Assembly (NCBI GenBank): GCA_038323665.1
Contig: JBBQHD010000003.1
Span: forward strand, 6,575 to 70,574
Direction of reading: 5' to 3'
Length of the DNA stretch: 64,000 bases
Origin: Bdellovibrionales bacterium
Lineage (GTDB): Bacteria > Bdellovibrionota > Bdellovibrionia > Bdellovibrionales > Bdellovibrionaceae
Shown here: positions 48,923 to 58,649 of the stretch, piece after piece
How positions within the stretch are numbered: the first letter of the stretch is position 1
Layout of the letters: every line of letters starts with the position of its first letter
Notes under the pieces: generated by a model
The model's database searches: none
What the model was told of the DNA's origin: nothing
The model's input: only the letters and a program-made list of their open reading frames with translations
Translations under genes and position numbers: made by a program

Positions 48923-49553
48923 TCTAGATCGAAAAGATTTTAGAGGCGGTTTCAAGAAAAAAGATGGCGGCAAAGATGGCTTACGCGTAAACCGCGAAAT
49001 CCGGGCAGCCCAAATCCGAGTCATTGACGAAGAAGGCACTATGCTTGGGGTCATGACTGTTCCCGAAGCCCTTCGCATGGCCGAAGACCGCGGTTTAGAT
49101 CTATTGGAAATTGCTCCGACTGCGACTCCGCCGACTTGTCGAATTATGGATTACGGCAAGTGGAAATATGAAAATAAGAAAAAAGCCGGCGCCACTCGTA
49201 AAAAACAAGTGATCGTCACGGTGAAAGAAATCCAGATCCGACCCCGCACTGATGTGCATGATTTTGAAACCAAAATGCGCCATGCAAAGCGCTTTTTGGA
49301 AGAAGGCGACAAGGTCAAACTCAACATGCGCTTTATGGGCCGGGAAATGGCTCACCAAGAAATTGGGATGGCTATGATGAAAAAGGCCGTCGAATATGTG
49401 AAAGAAATCGGCATGATCGAAACACCTGCTAAGATGGAGGGTAAAAATATGTTTTTGATTATTGCCCCCGATCCAGCAAAAGTGCGTGAAAAAGCTGCTG
49501 CTCAACCTGCGGCTAAAGAAGAAGCGATCAATAAACCAAGAATAACTGAATAA
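48918..49553 (+). CDS. infC: translation initiation factor IF-3, with AUU start
   Basis: The conserved N terminus (RVNREIRAAQIRVIDEEG) lies upstream of the first ATG. The in-frame ATT at 48918 is preceded by AAGGAGG (48905-48911) and overlaps the thrS stop. Confidence 0.88.
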   Translation: MNLDRKDFRGGFKKKDGGKDGLRVNREIRAAQIRVIDEEGTMLGVMTVPEALRMAEDRGLDLLEIAPTATPPTCRIMDYGKWKYENKKKAGATRKKQVIVTVKEIQIRPRTDVHDFETKMRHAKRFLEEGDKVKLNMRFMGREMAHQEIGMAMMKKAVEYVKEIGMIETPAKMEGKNMFLIIAPDPAKVREKAAAQPAAKEEAINKPRITE

Positions 49554-49622
49554 GAAAAACTAATTCCTTGCCTTTCGGCCTTAGATTTTCTACATTTTGA
49601 CTCTTTTGATAGGGGAACTTTG

Positions 49623-49814
49623 ATGAAACTGAAAACACACTCGGGCGCAAAAAAACGCATGAGAGTTACCAAAAGTGGAAAAGTAAAACGCAAACAGTGC
49701 GGCGTGCGACATTTGAACGGACACATGAGTTCAAAACGCAAACGTCATTTGGGCGCGGTTATTTTTGTCGACGACGCGAATATGTATCAGACCAGCAGAA
49801 CATTGTTATTATAA
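49623..49814 (+). CDS. rpmI: 50S ribosomal protein L35
   Basis: MKLKTHSGAKKRMRVTKSGKVKRK... Confidence 0.9.
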   Translation: MKLKTHSGAKKRMRVTKSGKVKRKQCGVRHLNGHMSSKRKRHLGAVIFVDDANMYQTSRTLLL

Positions 49815-49838
49815 AGATTATTTAAAGGAAAATAGAAC

Positions 49839-50186
49839 ATGCCACGAGTAAAATCCGGGAAAACAAACAGAGCGCGCCATAAAAAAGTCTTAAAAAGAAC
49901 CAAAGGTTTTTACAGCGCGGGATCCAGAGCTTTCACCCATGCAACGGAAAAAAATGACCGTGCAATGGCCTATATGTACCGCGATCGCAAAGTTAAAAAA
50001 CGCGAATTCCGCGCCCTGTGGAACCAACGCATTAATGCGGCAGCAAGATTGAATGGAACCACCTACAGTCGTTTGATTGGTGGCTTGATCAAAGCTGGTG
50101 TGGAATTAAACCGCAAGAATTTGGCAGAAATTGCTGTCAAAGACGCTGCAGGCTTTTCTTCTTTGTGCCAATTTGCTATGCAGTAG
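49839..50186 (+). CDS. rplT: 50S ribosomal protein L20
   Basis: [27 protein letters not shown]... Confidence 0.95.
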   Translation: MPRVKSGKTNRARHKKVLKRTKGFYSAGSRAFTHATEKNDRAMAYMYRDRKVKKREFRALWNQRINAAARLNGTTYSRLIGGLIKAGVELNRKNLAEIAVKDAAGFSSLCQFAMQ

Positions 50187-50189
50187 TAA

Positions 50190-51245
50190 GTGGATGAGTT
50201 TCAAAAACGTAAACAAGATCATATTCAATGGGCTTTGGATTCTAAATCACAAAGCTCGGTCAACGCAGGTTTTGACCAAATCCTTCTGCATCACGAAGCA
50301 CTTCCAGATTTAAATTTCTCAGACATTCATTTAAAAACCGACGTTCGTTTGGGCCAGCAAAAATTTTCTTTTGCAGCTCCATTTTTTATTTCTTCGATGA
50401 CCGCTGGGCATAACGAAGCTTTTGCTATTAATAGAAATTTGGCGGTATTTGCTCAGGAAAAAAATATTTTAATGGGTATCGGTTCGCAGCGCAAAGAACT
50501 TACGGATTCGGCGGCGCATTCTGAATGGAAAAAATTGCGGGCCGAAGCACCACGCGCAGTGCTGTTCGGAAATTTGGGAATCAGCGAAATCATCACTCAT
50601 AAGCCTGCAGAAATTTATAAATTGATGGATTCATTGCAGGCTGCGGGATTTTTTGTGCACACCAATCCGCTGCAGGAAGTTTTTCAAAAAGAAAGTTCAG
50701 CACAGTTTAAAAATTCTTGGGCATCGCTTGAAAAATTTGTGAAAGATTCTCCGGTGCCGGTGGTGATCAAAGAAGTCGGGCAGGGTTTTTCGGTTAAAAC
50801 TTTACAACGGCTTAATGAAATCGGCGTGGCGGCTGTTGATGTCAGCGGTTTGGGCGGGACTCATTGGGGCCGTATCGAAGGTTTACGATTGGACATTGCG
50901 GATTCTCGTACAGCAATTTGGGAAAATTTTTCGGATTGGGGTTTTACCACGGTCGAATCCTTGTTGAATGCAAAAAAAGCTGGGTTGAAATCAGCCGTTT
51001 GGGCCTCGGGTGGAATTCGCAATAGCATCGACATTGCAAAATGTCTGGTTTTGGGCGCGCAGATGGTGGGAATGGCTCGACCCTGGCTGCAGGCTGTCAC
51101 TCAATCACCTGATAAATCACAGGATAATTTGCAACAAATGTATTTACAGTGGGAAAACGAATTGAAAACAGTTCTTTTTTGCATGGGACACAGCAATTGT
51201 GATGAACTTAAGGACCAAGGGGAATTTTCGTGGCGAAAAAAATAG
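50190..51245 (+). CDS. fni: type 2 isopentenyl-diphosphate delta-isomerase (FMN-dependent)
   Basis: 351-aa TIM-barrel protein with an idi-2-type N terminus (RKQDHI...) and a Gly-rich FMN-binding C-terminal part (ASGGIRN). First gene of the mevalonate operon. Confidence 0.8.
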   Translation: MDEFQKRKQDHIQWALDSKSQSSVNAGFDQILLHHEALPDLNFSDIHLKTDVRLGQQKFSFAAPFFISSMTAGHNEAFAINRNLAVFAQEKNILMGIGSQRKELTDSAAHSEWKKLRAEAPRAVLFGNLGISEIITHKPAEIYKLMDSLQAAGFFVHTNPLQEVFQKESSAQFKNSWASLEKFVKDSPVPVVIKEVGQGFSVKTLQRLNEIGVAAVDVSGLGGTHWGRIEGLRLDIADSRTAIWENFSDWGFTTVESLLNAKKAGLKSAVWASGGIRNSIDIAKCLVLGAQMVGMARPWLQAVTQSPDKSQDNLQQMYLQWENELKTVLFCMGHSNCDELKDQGEFSWRKK

Positions 51246-52519
51246 AATCGGTTTTTAAAGGATTTTCCAAACTCAGCCAAGACGAACGATGGGCCGCCTT
51301 AAAAAGTGTCGGCGCTTTAACTTTGCAAGAAATCGAATATTTAAAAAATGGCGGCGTTCAAAATTTAAATTTGGCAGAAAAATTTATTGAAAATGTGATT
51401 GGTTGGTTTCAATTGCCTTTGGGCATTGCCACCAATTTTAAAATTGACGGCGTGGAACATTTAATTCCCATGGCGGTCGAAGAAACTTCGATCATTGCAG
51501 CGGCCAGTAAAACCGCAAAATGGATTCGCGAAAATGGCGAAATCACCACATCGACCAAGGGCAATTTGATCATTGGACAAATTCAATTTCCAAAAATCCG
51601 CGATTTCAAATCTTTTTGCGCACTGATTGAATTAAATAAAAAAAGTTTAATTGAAAAAGTAAACTTTGAAGTTGCCTCGGGCCTAGTCCGCCGCGGTGGG
51701 GGACTGCATGACATTCAAGTTCGCAAAGTTTCCCGTGGTTTTGAACACCAATCTATGGCTGTGGTCCATTTGCTGATGGATCCCTGTGATGCCATGGGAG
51801 CTAATATTATCAACCAAGCCTGTGAATATTTAAAAGCTCCGCTGCAAGAATTAACCGGTGAAAAAGTCGGCATCTGCATTCTGTCCAATCTAGTGGATAC
51901 AAAATTAACTTGTTCCGAAGTGCGACTGAAAATCGATGCCGATTTGGGCGAACGCATCGAAGAAGCCTCGCTGTTTGCATGGCAAGATCCTTACCGAGCC
52001 GCCACCAATAACAAAGGAATCTTAAACGGCATTGATCCTATTTTGATTGCCACTGGAAATGATTGGCGCGCCGTCGAAGCAGGTTTGCATGCCTATGCAT
52101 GCAAAGATGGTCAGTATCGTTCGCTGTCGGTATGGAAATATAAAAATGGCGAATTGATTGGAAAATTTGAAGGTCCCTTGGTGGTTGGAACCGTGGGCGG
52201 GGTAACAACCCTGCATCCAACCGCAAAAATTGCTTTGCAGATGTTGGAAATCGATTCGGCATCTAAGCTGTCCCGAATTTGCTCGGCAGTAGGTTTGGTG
52301 CAAAATTTAGGTGCCTTGCGAGCTTTAACCACAGTCGGCATTATCGAAGGTCATATGAAATTACATTTAAAAAATCTGGCCATGGGCGCTGGTGCTGCCG
52401 AAGCGGAAATTCTTTCCGTCACAAGAAAATTAGAAGAAATTTTGGTTTTAAAAAAACGAGTGTCCATGGCACAGGCCGTGGAAGCACTGGCCGAACTTCG
52501 CAGCAATGCTCTTAATTGA
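51230..52519 (+). CDS. mvaA: class II HMG-CoA reductase
   Basis: 429 aa, with the ENVIG motif (FIENVIGWFQLPLGIA), DAMGANIIN and GTVGG. Confidence 0.85.
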   Translation: MAKKIESVFKGFSKLSQDERWAALKSVGALTLQEIEYLKNGGVQNLNLAEKFIENVIGWFQLPLGIATNFKIDGVEHLIPMAVEETSIIAAASKTAKWIRENGEITTSTKGNLIIGQIQFPKIRDFKSFCALIELNKKSLIEKVNFEVASGLVRRGGGLHDIQVRKVSRGFEHQSMAVVHLLMDPCDAMGANIINQACEYLKAPLQELTGEKVGICILSNLVDTKLTCSEVRLKIDADLGERIEEASLFAWQDPYRAATNNKGILNGIDPILIATGNDWRAVEAGLHAYACKDGQYRSLSVWKYKNGELIGKFEGPLVVGTVGGVTTLHPTAKIALQMLEIDSASKLSRICSAVGLVQNLGALRALTTVGIIEGHMKLHLKNLAMGAGAAEAEILSVTRKLEEILVLKKRVSMAQAVEALAELRSNALN

Positions 52520-53354
52520 AATTCCCAGCAAAAGTTTTTTAGTTGGCGAATACGCTGTGCTCGGTGGATCGCCGTGTTTGCTTTATTTAGGCAGTCCCTG
52601 TTTTAAAATGGATTCGAAAAAAATTTTTGGCGAAGGAAAACTGGTGGGAATTCCTAAGGGAAGCCCTGCTGAAAAATATTTTAGCACGCACAAACAGAAA
52701 TTTTATGGACAAGAAATTAGTTTTATCGATCCCTATAAAGGGGCCGGTGGCTTGGGCGCATCGACGGCACAGTTTCTGGGATTGTATAAAAAAATAAATC
52801 CGACCCTTTCTTTGTCGGCATTGCTGGCAGATTATCGTGCCGCAGCCTGGGATGGCATCGGCACTGCGCCCAGTGGGGCGGATCTTTGTGCGCAGACCAT
52901 TCCCTTGCAAGAAAAAAAGCGCAATTTTGTTTGGTATTATCCCGAACGCCAGCAAATTGAATTGGCCGATTGGCCTTTTCTGCAAGGGGATTTTATTTTA
53001 ATTCGCACTGGGTTTAAAGTCCCAACCCATACTCATTTACAAAGTTTAAATGTGCGCTCGAACAAAGATTTATTTGCGCGACTTTCTTTGACTCAGTTGC
53101 AGCAATCATGGAAGCAAGCCAATTTTGCAATGTGGAATTTAGAAATTGCAAACTTCCAAGCCGAACTTGAAAACTTGGGTTTTTTATTGCCCGAAAGTGC
53201 TGACTTGATTCTTGAGTTAAAAAAAGTCGGCGGGGTTTTATCCGCCAAGGGCTGTGGGGCGATGGGGGCCGATTTTGTCTGTGCCTTCGTAGAAAAATCG
53301 CAGATTTCGGTTTTGCAATCCTATTTACGGCAGCGAAAACTGGAATTTTATTAG
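52506..53354 (+). CDS. GHMP kinase, probable phosphomevalonate kinase
   Basis: LVGEYAVLGG N-terminal motif and GHMP motif GAGGLGASTAQF. Its operon position lies between HMGR and the decarboxylase. At 282 aa it is short for the family. Confidence 0.6.
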   Translation: MLLIEIPSKSFLVGEYAVLGGSPCLLYLGSPCFKMDSKKIFGEGKLVGIPKGSPAEKYFSTHKQKFYGQEISFIDPYKGAGGLGASTAQFLGLYKKINPTLSLSALLADYRAAAWDGIGTAPSGADLCAQTIPLQEKKRNFVWYYPERQQIELADWPFLQGDFILIRTGFKVPTHTHLQSLNVRSNKDLFARLSLTQLQQSWKQANFAMWNLEIANFQAELENLGFLLPESADLILELKKVGGVLSAKGCGAMGADFVCAFVEKSQISVLQSYLRQRKLEFY

Positions 53355-53388
53355 TGTCTTTGCGGATTATTTCTGTCAAAAATAGGGG

Positions 53389-54342
53389 ATGGATCAGTTT
53401 TCAGCCGAGGCATGCGCAAATATTGCTTTGATCAAGTATATGGGAAAATCCTCGCAGGTCGATAATCTTCCTGCGAATCCCTCGATTTCTATGCGTCTGG
53501 ATTATTTAAAAACCAAAGTGGTTCTGCAAAAAAATAGCAATTCCAATATCAATAATTGGAAGCCTTTGAAGGAAAACGAATGGCAGCTGTTAAATTTAGA
53601 TGAAAGTGCACAACGAAAATTTTTAAGTTTTTTCGAAGTTTTACAAAAAAAATTTGGTGATGAAAATAAATGGGATATCTATTCAGCCAATAATTTTCCT
53701 TCGGACTGTGGTTTGGCCAGTTCCGCTTCAAGTTTTGCGGCACTGACCCAGGCCGCGTTGCAGGCTTTTCAAAAAACTTTGTCTTTGGAAGAAATGTCGA
53801 AACTAAGTCGCTTGGGCTCGGGCTCGTCCTGTCGATCTTTTTTTAAATGGGCACTGTGGAATGATGATGGGGCTGAAGAAATAATATCTCCGTGGCCGGA
53901 CCTGATGCATTTTGCAGTCGTGGTTTCCAAGGCTAAGAAAAAAATTTCATCTTCGCAAGCTCACAAAATGGTGACTTCCAGCCCGCAGTATGAAAATCGG
54001 CCGGATCGTGCGATCGAACGCGCCAGGTATTTAACTAAAATTATTACCGCCCCGCTGTCAGAACAAGATTGGGCGCGTGCTTATCAGATTATTTACAGCG
54101 AATTTGAAGACATGCACACGCTGTTTGAAACTTGCAAAGAAGCTTTTAGTTATAAAACCAAAGAAACCTTGGAAGTTCTGCAATATTTAAAAAAACAATG
54201 GATGAATTTAAAAGACGGTCCCTTGGTCACCATGGATGCGGGACCGAATATCCATCTGATTTACCGAAAAAACCAAAGCATGATGGTCAGTGATTTTCAA
54301 GAAAAATTCGGAAAAAAATATCAGATCATTCGCTCGGGTTAA
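53389..54342 (+). CDS. mvaD: diphosphomevalonate decarboxylase
   Basis: ANIALIKYMGK and SDCGLASSASSFAAL motifs. 317 aa. Confidence 0.85.
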   Translation: MDQFSAEACANIALIKYMGKSSQVDNLPANPSISMRLDYLKTKVVLQKNSNSNINNWKPLKENEWQLLNLDESAQRKFLSFFEVLQKKFGDENKWDIYSANNFPSDCGLASSASSFAALTQAALQAFQKTLSLEEMSKLSRLGSGSSCRSFFKWALWNDDGAEEIISPWPDLMHFAVVVSKAKKKISSSQAHKMVTSSPQYENRPDRAIERARYLTKIITAPLSEQDWARAYQIIYSEFEDMHTLFETCKEAFSYKTKETLEVLQYLKKQWMNLKDGPLVTMDAGPNIHLIYRKNQSMMVSDFQEKFGKKYQIIRSG

Positions 54343-54344
54343 AC

Positions 54345-55238
54345 TTGATAAGTTTAAAAAAGTTTTCACAAAGTTGTGGCGGAAAATGGATCTTAGCGGG
54401 CGAACACGCTGTTCTGCGCGGCAGTTCTGCGCTTGTGTTCCCCTTAAATTCCCTGCAAATGAAATTAGAAGTTTTTGAAAATGAAAAGTCCTTGTCTTTG
54501 CAGCTAGATGGCAAATTTGGCCGAGAATTAGAGTTACTTTTCTGGGGTGTTTTAGATAAAATTTGCGATCAATTAAAAATCAATCGCAATGAATTGGTGG
54601 GCACAGTTCTTATCACCAATGATATTCCGTTGGGCGCAGGACTTGGTGCATCGGCTTCGTTTTGTGTTTTGATGGCCAAAGTTTGTGAAAACCAAAATTG
54701 GATTAGTGCGGAACAACTGTCCGATTTCGCGCGCAATTTGGAAAATCTATTTCACGGCGAAAGCAGTGGGGTGGATATTTCAGTTATGCTTGCGGGTCGC
54801 CCGTTGATTTTTACTCGCAGTGGACGCAGGGATTTTCTGCAGATGAAATGGCAACCAAAACTTGCGATTTCCTATTCAGGGCAAAAAGGATTGACTGCGG
54901 ATTGTATCAAACAAGTTAAAAAGATTTTCGATGTGGATGCGCACTTGGCTAATAATTTAGATCAGAAAATGCAAAATGCCGCAAACCTTGCCGAGGAAAG
55001 TTTATCTGAAACTTTTTCTGAAGCATCATTACAAAAACTTATTCAATCCATAAATTCAGCCTGTATTTGTTTTGATCAATGGGGATTAAGTCAGGGCGCC
55101 GTTGCAGAACATATTCAGTTGTTAAAAAATCATGGAGCATTGGCCGTCAAACCCACGGGAAGTGGGGGCGGTGGATTTATTTTAAGTTTGTGGAATGAAA
55201 AGATTCCTAAGGATCTTGGTTTGATTTCTTGTTTTTAA
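54345..55238 (+). CDS. mvk: mevalonate kinase
   Basis: ILAGEHAVLRGS and IPLGAGLGASASF GHMP motifs, plus C-terminal KPTGSGGGG. TTG start. Confidence 0.75.
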   Translation: MISLKKFSQSCGGKWILAGEHAVLRGSSALVFPLNSLQMKLEVFENEKSLSLQLDGKFGRELELLFWGVLDKICDQLKINRNELVGTVLITNDIPLGAGLGASASFCVLMAKVCENQNWISAEQLSDFARNLENLFHGESSGVDISVMLAGRPLIFTRSGRRDFLQMKWQPKLAISYSGQKGLTADCIKQVKKIFDVDAHLANNLDQKMQNAANLAEESLSETFSEASLQKLIQSINSACICFDQWGLSQGAVAEHIQLLKNHGALAVKPTGSGGGGFILSLWNEKIPKDLGLISCF

Positions 55239-55317
55239 AACTTAAGAAATAGTTTCATTTTTCATTGCCATTTACGAACAAGTTTTGATAAATCTTCCCC
55301 ATCCGGGGGGGTAGTAA

Positions 55318-55896
55318 ATGAAATTATTTTTTACATTAATGCTTTTGGTATTTCCAAAAAGTTATGCTGCTGCAGCTGATAACAAAACGTTTGTCAGCGA
55401 AAAACATAGCTATCAACAGGCTTTTGAATCTTCTGCGATTTTAAAAAAGCCAATTCCTGGATTGTATACGGGTGATTGTATGTATCTGGTGGTGAACAAT
55501 GAAACTAAAACCGCGGAAGAAAAATATTCTGCAAGTGCCTTGTATGTTTTTGAAGACACGGCCGATATTCCTTTTGTCATTGAATCGTTGCCCTTGTCCT
55601 ATCCTGCGGATTACTTGTTGGATATAAATCGAGAGGAAGCCCAGCAGGCTATTAAGAAGATGAAGAAAAAACTTTTTTTCGAAGGAGATACTTTTTCAGC
55701 GCAAGGACAAGATCTGGAAACCGCTGATACGATAGTTAAACAAGTATTGGAACGCGATGCCACGGGTAAGATGATAAATTTAAGTATTTTCCGACTGCGT
55801 TCGACTGCCAAACAAGAATTGGTTTTGCAACGAACGAATTTTGATTTGGGGGAATACAATAAAGTCTATTGCCTTTTTGCGAAGAAGAATTACTAA
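55318..55896 (+). CDS. hypothetical secreted protein (192 aa)
   Basis: Signal peptide MKLFFTLMLLVFPKSYAAA. No family recognised. Confidence 0.45.
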   Translation: MKLFFTLMLLVFPKSYAAAADNKTFVSEKHSYQQAFESSAILKKPIPGLYTGDCMYLVVNNETKTAEEKYSASALYVFEDTADIPFVIESLPLSYPADYLLDINREEAQQAIKKMKKKLFFEGDTFSAQGQDLETADTIVKQVLERDATGKMINLSIFRLRSTAKQELVLQRTNFDLGEYNKVYCLFAKKNY

Positions 55897-56414
55897 GCGT
55901 ATTGTCATAATTTTTCTAGCACCATAAATACAAACATTCCGCCGTAAGCAGATGTGGAAGATAATAACCGAAAGCCTGGGGCGCGAGCTATCTGTGAAAT
56001 AAGTTTGGCGGTAAGTGCAGCATCATATCACGCGTTACGTCTGCTATAAACTTTGCGAGAACAGCAGGATTTTTAACATTTCGTCTAACAGTGGATACGT
56101 ACATCCTGCCACCTCGTTATAGCGTTTTATTTTTCTGCCCACTTTTTTAATAAGCAGCGCATTTAAATAATAAATAATTTTAATTATCATTGACAGCTTT
56201 TTGATGCGTTTAAATGCCCGTAGTTTAATTAATTATCTATTTGCCATTGTTCTTTCAAAAAACTTTAGATCTCATCGGGGCAAAGCTATCTAGAGCGTTT
56301 AAATGTAAGTTTTCTGACGGCAATTTTAATTCCTAAAATTGCAAAAAATTGATTTAAAGAAGTGGTGGTATATCTAATTTGTTATTTTTTAAATTTTATT
56401 CAGGAAGGAAAAGC

Positions 56415-56900
56415 ATGAAACGCAAATCACAGCAAGAACTGATTCCCAGAAAATGGCATGAAGGAGTTTCCTTTGGTGGAGATTTAAACCCAGTTGGTAA
56501 ACGCAAAGAAAAAAGACCCTTGTCTATGTCAAAACCAATGCATTTAGTTTTAAAAGCTAATTTTAAAGTATTTTTATCTAAAAAATCTGGAATTCACTTG
56601 GCTATAGCTCGAATGGGGCAAAGGCACGGAATCGAGCTGAAAGATTTTGTTATTCACTCGAATCATCTGCATTTACTTATTAAGGTATCTTCAAGAGAAA
56701 ATTATCATAAATTTATTAGGGGATTAAGCTCTGCCATTTCAGCTTTATTTAAATTATCAGATAAATTATGGCTTAAACTGCCTTGGACAAGAATATTGAC
56801 TTCGAAAAGAGAGTTTTTAAATATCCGAAACTACTTTGCAAAGAATCTCTTAGAAGTAGAAATCATTGAATGGATGAATAGGGATTGGAATACAGGATAA
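56415..56900 (+). CDS. Y1 HUH transposase, IS200/RAYT-like (solitary)
   Basis: HUH motif in VIHSNHLHLLIKV and a C-terminal Tyr motif NIRNYFAKN. ATG at 56415 is preceded by AGGAAGGAAAAG. Confidence 0.65.
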   Translation: MKRKSQQELIPRKWHEGVSFGGDLNPVGKRKEKRPLSMSKPMHLVLKANFKVFLSKKSGIHLAIARMGQRHGIELKDFVIHSNHLHLLIKVSSRENYHKFIRGLSSAISALFKLSDKLWLKLPWTRILTSKREFLNIRNYFAKNLLEVEIIEWMNRDWNTG

Positions 56901-57054
56901 GATTGGAAGAAAAACCCAAAACAGAATCGGATCGGTCCGGAAGGCCGACCGAACAGGGAGTATGAGGGCGTGCAGCCCTCATCAGGCAGGAGGCCTCGCC
57001 CAGTTCTGTAAAAGTTTTCAAGCTTAGACTTGAACTGCATTATGAAACCAGTGT

Positions 57055-57792
57055 TTATTTCCGACTCATCTCATAAAGTGCAATCGATGCAGCAATGCTG
57101 GCATTCAATGATTCGACTTTTTGCGTGGGAATTCGAAGGGCTTGCGCTGATTCCAAAATACTTTCGGAAATGCCTGGGCCTTCTTCGCCGACCAACAGAA
57201 ACAAATCTTTGGGAAATTTTGCTTTTGATAATTCAACGCCCGAAGAATCCAGACAATGCAGGTTTTTTAAATTTTTCGACGCCAAGTTTTTCAAGGAAGC
57301 AGTTTTGAAAAACTGCATATTGAAAACTTCGCCGCTGCTGGCTTTAATACTTTGCGGTAAAAAGGGATTGCAGGCTTCTTCGGTTAACCAGATTTTTTTG
57401 ACTCCAAAGGCGACAGCCGATCTCACGATGGCGCCTAAGTTTTTTGGATCGCCTACGGGCAGGATTAATTCGACTCCGACGGGGGTTAGGATTTCGTGTT
57501 TTTCGATTTCAGAAACTTTTACGACGGCAAGGCTGGATCGCACACCTAGAACATTTAATTCTTCGAACAGTTCTGCGGCCAATTCATCGGTTTCAAATTG
57601 CAAAGTGCTAAGGCTGGCATCGTCTAATTTTCGCGTCAGTTGATATTGAATGGCGCTAGGGTTTTTTTCTGAAATTTCTTTTAAGATTTTTACACCGCTG
57701 ACTAGACATGCGCCGTGTTCACGGATGCCGCGGGAACTTAATAGATCTTTCCATTTTTTAAAATTAGGGTTTTGTTTCGATGTAATGATCAT
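57055..57792 (-). CDS. SpoU/TrmH-family RNA 2'-O-methyltransferase
   Basis: SpoU motifs (LLVGEEGPGIS ... IPTQKVESLNASIAASIALYE). The start overlaps the rsmG stop (ATGA). Confidence 0.8.
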   Translation of the reverse strand: MIITSKQNPNFKKWKDLLSSRGIREHGACLVSGVKILKEISEKNPSAIQYQLTRKLDDASLSTLQFETDELAAELFEELNVLGVRSSLAVVKVSEIEKHEILTPVGVELILPVGDPKNLGAIVRSAVAFGVKKIWLTEEACNPFLPQSIKASSGEVFNMQFFKTASLKNLASKNLKNLHCLDSSGVELSKAKFPKDLFLLVGEEGPGISESILESAQALRIPTQKVESLNASIAASIALYEMSRK

Positions 57793-58571
57793 GCGTCCTC
57801 CAGCAGTTTGAAATCTTTGTCTTCTTCGTTCGCCAGCGGAGGATGTTTGATTTTTTCAAACACCACAAGACGTCGTTTGTGGGAAGTTTTGGGAATTTCG
57901 TAAGCAATGTCTTTTTTTAATTTAAAATATTTGTTTTCTTTTGCCGACTTTAATTCGGGATCAACCCCGGGGCCTTTCATGAAAATCACCAGACCGCCCA
58001 GTTCTAAACAGGAAGTCACATTGTTCAAGGTATTGGAAATATCTTCGACCGCTCGGGTGATCACGCTGCGAACGGGATAGTAAAAATAAGGCGAAATGTT
58101 TTTTCCGAAAATCGGGATATTGGGCAGCGACAGTTCTTCGCGGGCCTGTTTTAAAAATGCCACGCGTTTTTGCACGCCTTCTGCCAAAAATATTTGCAAT
58201 TCTGGATTGTCGATCGCCAGTGGAATCCCGGGAAAGCCGGGGCCGGTTCCGACATCCAAAAGTGGCGAAGGAATATCGATTAAGTTTCGCACCATCAGCG
58301 AATCAATAAAATGTTTCAAAACCACATCGGTTAAATTCAAAAGACGGGTCAGGTTCACGTTATTTTGTTCTCGCATCAGCAGTTCGTAAAATTGTGCAAA
58401 CTTTTTTAGCTTTTCATTGGGGTATTTTTGAAATCCATGAAAATAAAAAAGTGAATCAATGCGCTCGTAAAGTTCACCACCGGTGAAGACTTTGACGGGT
58501 TTTTGATGATAGCGTCCCTGTCTGCGACCGGACGTGCTTGCTGACCAATTGGTTTCATTCTTATGTGCCAC
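57789..58571 (-). CDS. rsmG: 16S rRNA (guanine527-N7)-methyltransferase RsmG, with an N-terminal extension of about 50 aa
   Basis: SAM-binding motif LLDVGTGPGFPGIPLAI and the overall GidB pattern. Confidence 0.85.
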   Translation of the reverse strand: MAHKNETNWSASTSGRRQGRYHQKPVKVFTGGELYERIDSLFYFHGFQKYPNEKLKKFAQFYELLMREQNNVNLTRLLNLTDVVLKHFIDSLMVRNLIDIPSPLLDVGTGPGFPGIPLAIDNPELQIFLAEGVQKRVAFLKQAREELSLPNIPIFGKNISPYFYYPVRSVITRAVEDISNTLNNVTSCLELGGLVIFMKGPGVDPELKSAKENKYFKLKKDIAYEIPKTSHKRRLVVFEKIKHPPLANEEDKDFKLLEDA

Positions 58572-58649
58572 GCATGAGTAATATGCGTCAAAGTAACAGA
58601 AGTCATTGAAATCATTGATCGAAAGCCCTGAACATGAAAGTCTTAGTTT

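Noticed and set aside
49554-49622. Possible L20-responsive leader upstream of rpmI
   Set aside because: I could not identify the pseudoknot or stem features of known L20 leaders by eye in this 69-nt spacer. A covariance-model scan would be needed.
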